Below the pieces are notes generated by a model. The model did not search any database, was not told where the DNA came from, and saw only the letters and a list, made by a program, of their open reading frames with translations. Position numbers and translations under genes: made by a program. From Strigamia acuminata (Eukaryota), in contig OX442314.1 of assembly GCA_949358305.1 (NCBI GenBank), forward strand, positions 5,642,001 through 5,706,000: DNA of 64,000 nucleotides. The letters are read 5' to 3'. Shown piece by piece: positions 58,156-64,000 of this stretch (positions are counted from its first letter, which is position 1; every line of letters begins with the position of its first letter).

Positions 58156-60753
58156 GAAAATAAAATTCATGAATTGACTTTGAAAACCTACAAGTGACTT
58201 TGCGCCTCGGACCCATATACGAACTGTTGTGTGTGTGTGGACTTTATTGTGATAATTGTGATACAAACGATAAGTGTTATAATTGTTTAAAATGTGATTG
58301 TTATACGCCTCGATGAAGATTTTTTACGTAAAGTTCCGTGAAAACTCAAACGCCTACGAAAGAAGATAATATTCGTTTGCGAACTTTTTATTTTTTGATA
58401 TTTATATTTTACTAATCATTTTTGCTAATCATTTTTATTAACCATTTGTGATCATTGAAATTTTGCTATCCTTATATTGTAATAATTGACGCCAAATCAG
58501 CGCCTAATCAATATTTTTATTTGCTAATAATTTACATTTTTATAGAAATTTTGCCACCCATAGGCATTGTTAATTAATCTTGAATTATTTTATTTTCTAG
58601 TCATAACACAAAGTACCATTGTTGATGTCAAGTGTTATCAAATAGTTTAACAAATTTTATAATTTTATTTAGAATTTAGTCGTAATTAGCGCCTAAACGT
58701 CTATTGATTTTGTTAATTTTTAATCAAACGATTTTTTACAATATTCCTCTCCTAAACCCATTTGTTTGTGTTTGTTTGTTTTTGTCTGTAATTGCGCCAA
58801 GTTGTGCGCCTGTTGCGTCTGTCCAAATAAATCCCTACCTGTGTTATGTGTTTATTATGAGATTAATGTTGTTGATTCATTATTTTTATTTATTTATATG
58901 TTCGAATTTTTATCAATCATGTTGTTAACTCCATTTAGATGTTGATTATATAAAAACCATATAATAAACATCTAGGTGGGGGGGAATGTCACGGTCCTGA
59001 CTTTAGACAGTAATAATTTTCAAAATTTTAAGCGCATTTTGCGCCTTTCCTTTAAATTTTCCCCAATCATATTGAGAAATTGTTCTAGTTTCCCTAAATT
59101 ATTTTATTTTTCCCAAATCTAAATTTATTATTTTATTTTATATTATTTTCCTTATTTTTGATATTTATCTTTAATTTGGCCTGGTTTTAATCACCCCATC
59201 CAGACAATTCATGAGAATTCTGCAATAAGTTGATATAATCGCGCTCTAAATTTACATATTTCACCCCTGATCGCCTGTTTTCTGCTCGGTCCCCATTGGA
59301 AATTGACTTGGCCTTTGACATGTGATCAGAGGTGACTTGTTCTGTCAAGACATTTTTGACAGAGAGAATAATTTTCGCCTTCGACTAGTCAACATCTTCT
59401 GTCTTAAACTGGAAGATTTCCAAGTGCGATTATGTTGCGTCTCAACGCATACGGTCACATTGCAGCCCGAATTCTCATGTTAGTCTAACTAACCACAACA
59501 TTTATTATTTGCCCATTATTTGCGTACAAATTACTGGAAAAACGGCGTATTCGACGGTCTCAATTCGTCAATACATTTTATGCCACGACTGTGACTTCCT
59601 CCTCGGCCTAGACATTTTGAACTCATACTCGTCTCAATTGCGTATTCATTTCATTATCGACGGTTCGACGACGTTGTCTGCGGTTTGGTACCTGTTTGCG
59701 CGTTCACCCAACGTTTGCGCGTATTCAGGAGAAGAAACATACTCTTCGTAAGTACGCCTAGCATATGACGACATTTTCCCTAGTGAAGAGCGATGTTTTG
59801 GTCTTAAAATTCGAAGTATCAACGTTCGCCATTTTGTACGGCGCCCGAATTGAATCCTGCACCCATAAAATACAGATTTCACGAATAGACGCTGTCTTAA
59901 CCTAGCTACCACCCCCGGCAAAGTTTTAAGAGTTGCAGCGCCTGCGAACCTAAATTTTCTGGTTATTACAATCCCTGGAAATTCTTAAATTTCCGAAACC
60001 ATTGTTAAAAAGTCGACTACGACGTGACAGTGTTTTCAGACTTTTGACTCACCCTGTATTTGTGTGATGGAACAAAATTTTTTTTAAAAAAGGTACATTT
60101 TAATAAATATAAGTTTCACCGATTGCACCAGAGCCATTAATTGAGTTTCCTAGCTGTTATACAGTCATGGATGCATCAGCATATTGATGATATACAAGGA
60201 TACGAGTTGGCCACTTAGATAGAGCTTGGATGCCTCCATTTTGTTTTGAGTTTCACAAGCCTCAAAATCACTTCTTATCAAAATCACAAAAACTACCTTT
60301 TAGATGTTTTTGGGATTTTGTGTTTTTACTCTCTTGTGCTTTAGTGAATGTGAATGTGATTGGTAGAACAGATATCACATGGCAATACTCAAAAATCACA
60401 AAGTTGTCCAGATCACACAATTGCAAAATTGACTGGGTTAATTCAATGTAATCCCATTTTTGTAGGCATCAAAAAATAATGATTTTGTGATTAATGCAAA
60501 ATCACAAAATTGCAAAATCATTCATATAATGAAACCCCCTATTGTATCAATACTATTAATGTGGTCAAATAGGATATCCAGTCGTGATCTTGAATGTGAC
60601 CCGGACAATCATTTTCAAGGTCGTATAACACCATCGAATTAGTACTATGCAACAATCTTCAGTCTTTTTCAAGAAAAATAGTGTTTCCAGACTTTTGACT
60701 CACCCTGTATAGTAAATTCAATCAAAATGTTAATAAAATATCTTCTTTGCAAG

Positions 60754-61537
60754 CTTTCCCTTTACAAAGACTGATTTACCACTTTGCAAATGTTCAAAGA
60801 TGACCCATGAACTATATGGTATTGCAAATCGTTTAATTGAAACTACCGATCCAACTGCTGATTGTCTATGTCGACGTCCATGCGAACAGCTAAGATTTAT
60901 AACATACACTGATGCGGGCATAGCAGATGATAAAAACATTATATCTGTGTCACTAGCAATAACTAATAATAAAATCAACGTTTATGAAGAACGTTACACA
61001 TATGATGTTATTGCTTTACTATCAGATTTAGGAGGCAATCTGGGCCTATTTCTCGGTCTATCTTTAACCGCCTTGCCTGAAATCGCTTGGTATCTATCAA
61101 GCATTTTGAAAAAAAGACCGGTTAATAAGATTCGCCATGTTTATGACAAATGCACAAAGAATATAATTGTGAGTCAAGAGCAAATTAAAAGAAATGTAAT
61201 TTCACTTTATCTTAAGACAATTCTGGTTATAATTTGCTCGGGAGTCACTTTGTATTGCTTGGAAATTCGTGTAAACTACTATATTGAAGAACCGGTAACA
61301 AAAATTGTGAGAATAGTTCCACGACACTTTACCGAATTTCCGTCTGTTACAATCTGTGGTGAACCACAAGATGATGCTATTGATGAAGCCACATTGAATT
61401 TAAAGAAACAGACTAACAGGACCTGCGATAACATATCACCGTGGCATTTGTTCAACGACAATTTATCATTGGATGAAATCTGGGAAAAACTCAACGTCCA
61501 TGAAACAGTCACACTTAATAATGAATTAGTTGATAAG
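60754..61537 (+). CDS. DEG/ENaC gene B junction exon (subunit 1 TM2, linker, subunit 2 TM1)
   Basis: Paralogue of 6377-7160 with the same 784-nt length and splice sites; LLSDLGGNLGLFLGLS then FPSVTIC in frame. Confidence 0.9.
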
Positions 61538-61596
61538 GTATATTTCTTAATCTAACCATGGCTCAAATATTATATTAAACTATTTAATATTTATAG

Positions 61597-61681
61597 TATT
61601 TTCGTGGATATAAAACAATACTTAATGTATCAAAAAGTCTTATTCCCCTTCCTTTTGGACATTGTACACAAATAAATTCAG
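61597..61681 (+). CDS. DEG/ENaC gene B exon (subunit 2, FGHCTQIN)
   Basis: 85-nt paralogue of 7220-7304. Confidence 0.8.
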
Positions 61682-61792
61682 GTACGTATTTCTCAAACAC
61701 ATATGGATCCAGTCTCTTAAGTTAGTTTTAATGGGCCCGAATTTCTCACGTTTATTCATAACATCAGATGCCTAATTTGGAAATTCACACTA

Positions 61793-62273
61793 GGTGCATT
61801 CAAAAACTCTAAAACGTATGCAAAACTCGTTTCGTGTTTGTACGTTACGTCATTCCCATGGATGTACTTCATTTTAGCGATTTTATTTTAGCGACAGTGC
61901 TGGACTGGCAAGGCGGGCTACCGGGAGTTTCCCGGTGGCCCGTGGCTCGGTGGCCCGTGGCCGACCCGCTCGATCCGCCGTCGCCCGTCCCGTCCCGATC
62001 CGCCGTCGCCCGTCCCGTCCCGATCCGCCGTCGCCCGTCCCGATCCGCCGTCATTCGTCCCGTTATACAGTATATAGCATGTAGTTTTTTTGTAATAAGT
62101 ATGACGTCTACATTATTGCGCAATGCGCATGTTCAATTTAAAAGCATTCTGGTTCTGCACATCCGGACTGGTGTCATGGCGTCATGCTCTCACCATCGCC
62201 GTCGCCAAGAAGAACCAGTTTGCACATTGGTTATATACATCATAAACACAGCAAACATCAAAGAAAATTATGA
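61793..62273 (+). mobile_element. Duplicated left ends of the TIR/TIR/hAT nest; hAT (from 61895) breaks off at 62273
   Basis: Identical to 7416-7896, then unrelated sequence. Confidence 0.85.
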
Positions 62274-62617
62274 GTTTTAATGAGGCCAAAATTCTGTTTT
62301 GGTCAAATTGTGCTTAACCGTGAATGTGTTCATATGTAGGTCCTTCGGTTGTAACATTTTTGTCGTACGTCGTAATCCCTCGAGTACATGGTGCATAAAA
62401 ATTCCATTTCTTTCATTTAAACAACGAATTGTGGTAGTGACCCCTTATTTAAACATAATTTAGCATTTACTCACATTTTGGGCGTGGATGCTTCACCTGA
62501 AATTGTTTATTGTCTGATCTGTCTATCTAACGTTCGAGGCGGCTATTTTGAATTTGGTTGTAAAAATCAAAACTAGACATAAACCGATTCATAAACTACT
62601 CCAGTTGTAGTTTTAGC

Positions 62618-62856
62618 CAGGGCCGTTTCGACCTATGAGGCAAAGAGGCGGCCGCCTCAGGCGGCACACTGACAGGGGCGGCAATTTTGGCCAAAAAAAA
62701 AAAGAAAATTTTTTTTTTTTTTTTTTTCTAAAATGATTTTTGGACGTATTCAGAAATAAGTTTTTTTTTTTGTTTTTTTTTTTTTTGGGCGGGGGGAGGG
62801 GGGGGCGGCATTTTTAATGTTCGCCTCACCACAGATATTTACTAGGAACGGCCCTG
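62618..62856. mobile_element. hAT-type MITE
   Basis: TIR CAGGGCCGTT, perfect 8-bp TSD GTTTTAGC. Confidence 0.9.
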
Positions 62857-63359
62857 GTTTTAGCCTAGTACTCATAACACCATTCCGTTCTTGGAATGGT
62901 AACAGGAATCAACGCCTTAAGTTTCCTGCCAAGGGTGGTACTCACAAAAATTTTTTTTAGACTCTGAATCACCCTTGCACGTGGAAATGAAGTGTTTCCG
63001 GCCCCGATGGTGCTCGAAAAAATTTAATTGTTTCAGACTCTGAATAAATTTTGTTTACCCAGAATTCCCTTGTTTTTCATCTAAAATTTGCAACTGGTCA
63101 CAACCGGTTGCAAACAAAGCCACCCAACTACTACAATTGAACACGTTTGTTTTTCTAATTTCTGCACATGATGACATATACACACCACCGACAGCAGCCA
63201 GTATTAAACCCAAACAAACATCTTCTTAGTCATCTTCAGCCTCAGATAAATCGAACAAAGCTTCATTGCCATTGCATTCAATCTCCTCGGACACTTGGCT
63301 GATCACATGACTCACAACATCCTATGCCCATGTTAGAAAAAATAAAAAAATTTCTGTTT

Positions 63360-63648
63360 TAAAATCGCTGCCAAATAAAAAAAAATTTTGATTCAGGACA
63401 AGTTGAACATTTTTAATGCCATTAACAATGGCAAGAAGCTACCAATTGTAGCAGTTGAATTTAATTTGTCCCGTTTTACAATTTCAACAGTTTTTAAGAA
63501 TCGGGATAAAATTAACATGATTTCATGAATAAATAATGTTGTTTATGATGAAATTATATTTTTTTCAGCTAATTCGTTTTAACGAATTCTCGTTACAACG
63601 AATCGATTTGTCTGGTCCCTTGCGATTCGTTTTAAAGAGTTTTGACTG
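63360..63648 (+). mobile_element. pogo/Tigger-like deletion derivative
   Basis: QDKLNIFNAINNGKKLPIVAVEFNLSRFTISTVFKNRDKI resembles the CENP-B/psq HTH; ends gagttttgactg|TA. Confidence 0.6.
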
Positions 63649-64000
63649 TAGTCACTAATCCATGACTAGGAAGCAAAAAGTGGGGCAACCACTATATAAA
63701 TTAGAAAACCAAGTAGCCCAAAATCAAAAATACAAAAACGTATTAATATGAATGTTCCCAAATTACACCACAACCACTCCCAATGCATCTTGGTACTACC
63801 CGCAAACAAGTTGAGTAGGTGGGTATCAGGTTCGCAGGTGCTTGAGAGCTTGAGGGTCACAATAATTTCGTTAGATGCGAGTGGAAGAGGAGGAGAAGGA
63901 GAGAAAATAGGTTGATAAGGGCAAGAGAGAGTATAAAGTTGCTTACTGAGCGAGGCCGGGAGTCAAAAAGCTTCAAACATACCCGCGAGAAAGAGCAGGG

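Larger units (their letters stand above)
46909..60029 (+). mobile_element. Ty3/Gypsy element 3, 13.1 kb, intact, three ORFs
   Basis: 1043-bp LTRs 46909-47951 and 58987-60029 (no difference seen by eye), TSD GTGT, PBS TGGCGAGCTAGACAGGA (tRNA-Arg-like), PPT AGGTGGGGGGGAA. Confidence 0.97.
40136..60056. mobile_element. Foldback Tc1/mariner-type MITE split by Gypsy-2 and Gypsy-3 insertions
   Basis: Degenerate left TIR aaggataagtcaaaagtgtggaaatac, palindromic body 46226-46908, right TIR ttcagacttttgactcaccctg|TA. Confidence 0.6.

Overview
Eukaryotic, probably arthropod (TTAGG repeat, spliceosomal introns), transposon-saturated window holding two tandem paralogues of a DEG/ENaC (pickpocket-like) channel gene on the + strand, offset by about 54.4 kb. 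Copy A shows its 3' exons at 6377-16427. Copy B runs from 25603 to beyond 61681 and has a 32.7-kb intron. Manual exon reconstruction indicates that each gene encodes TWO DEG/ENaC subunits fused head-to-tail in one polypeptide of about 770 aa with four TM helices. The TM2-linker-TM1 junction lies inside a single open exon in both copies, and the two halves share the same intron-phase pattern. Introns and the spacer contain three Ty3/Gypsy elements, a BEL/Pao element, a gag-protease-only Copia with a nested 1.8-kb non-autonomous LTR element, two solo LTRs, an intact hAT transposon, many TIR/MITE elements, a 23-bp minisatellite and a roughly 0.9-kb triplication. One young Gypsy (46909-60029) carries an intact 954-aa non-Env third ORF with CxxCxGxG motifs, and an AT-hook inside Pol. 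All calls are by-eye; no searches were run.
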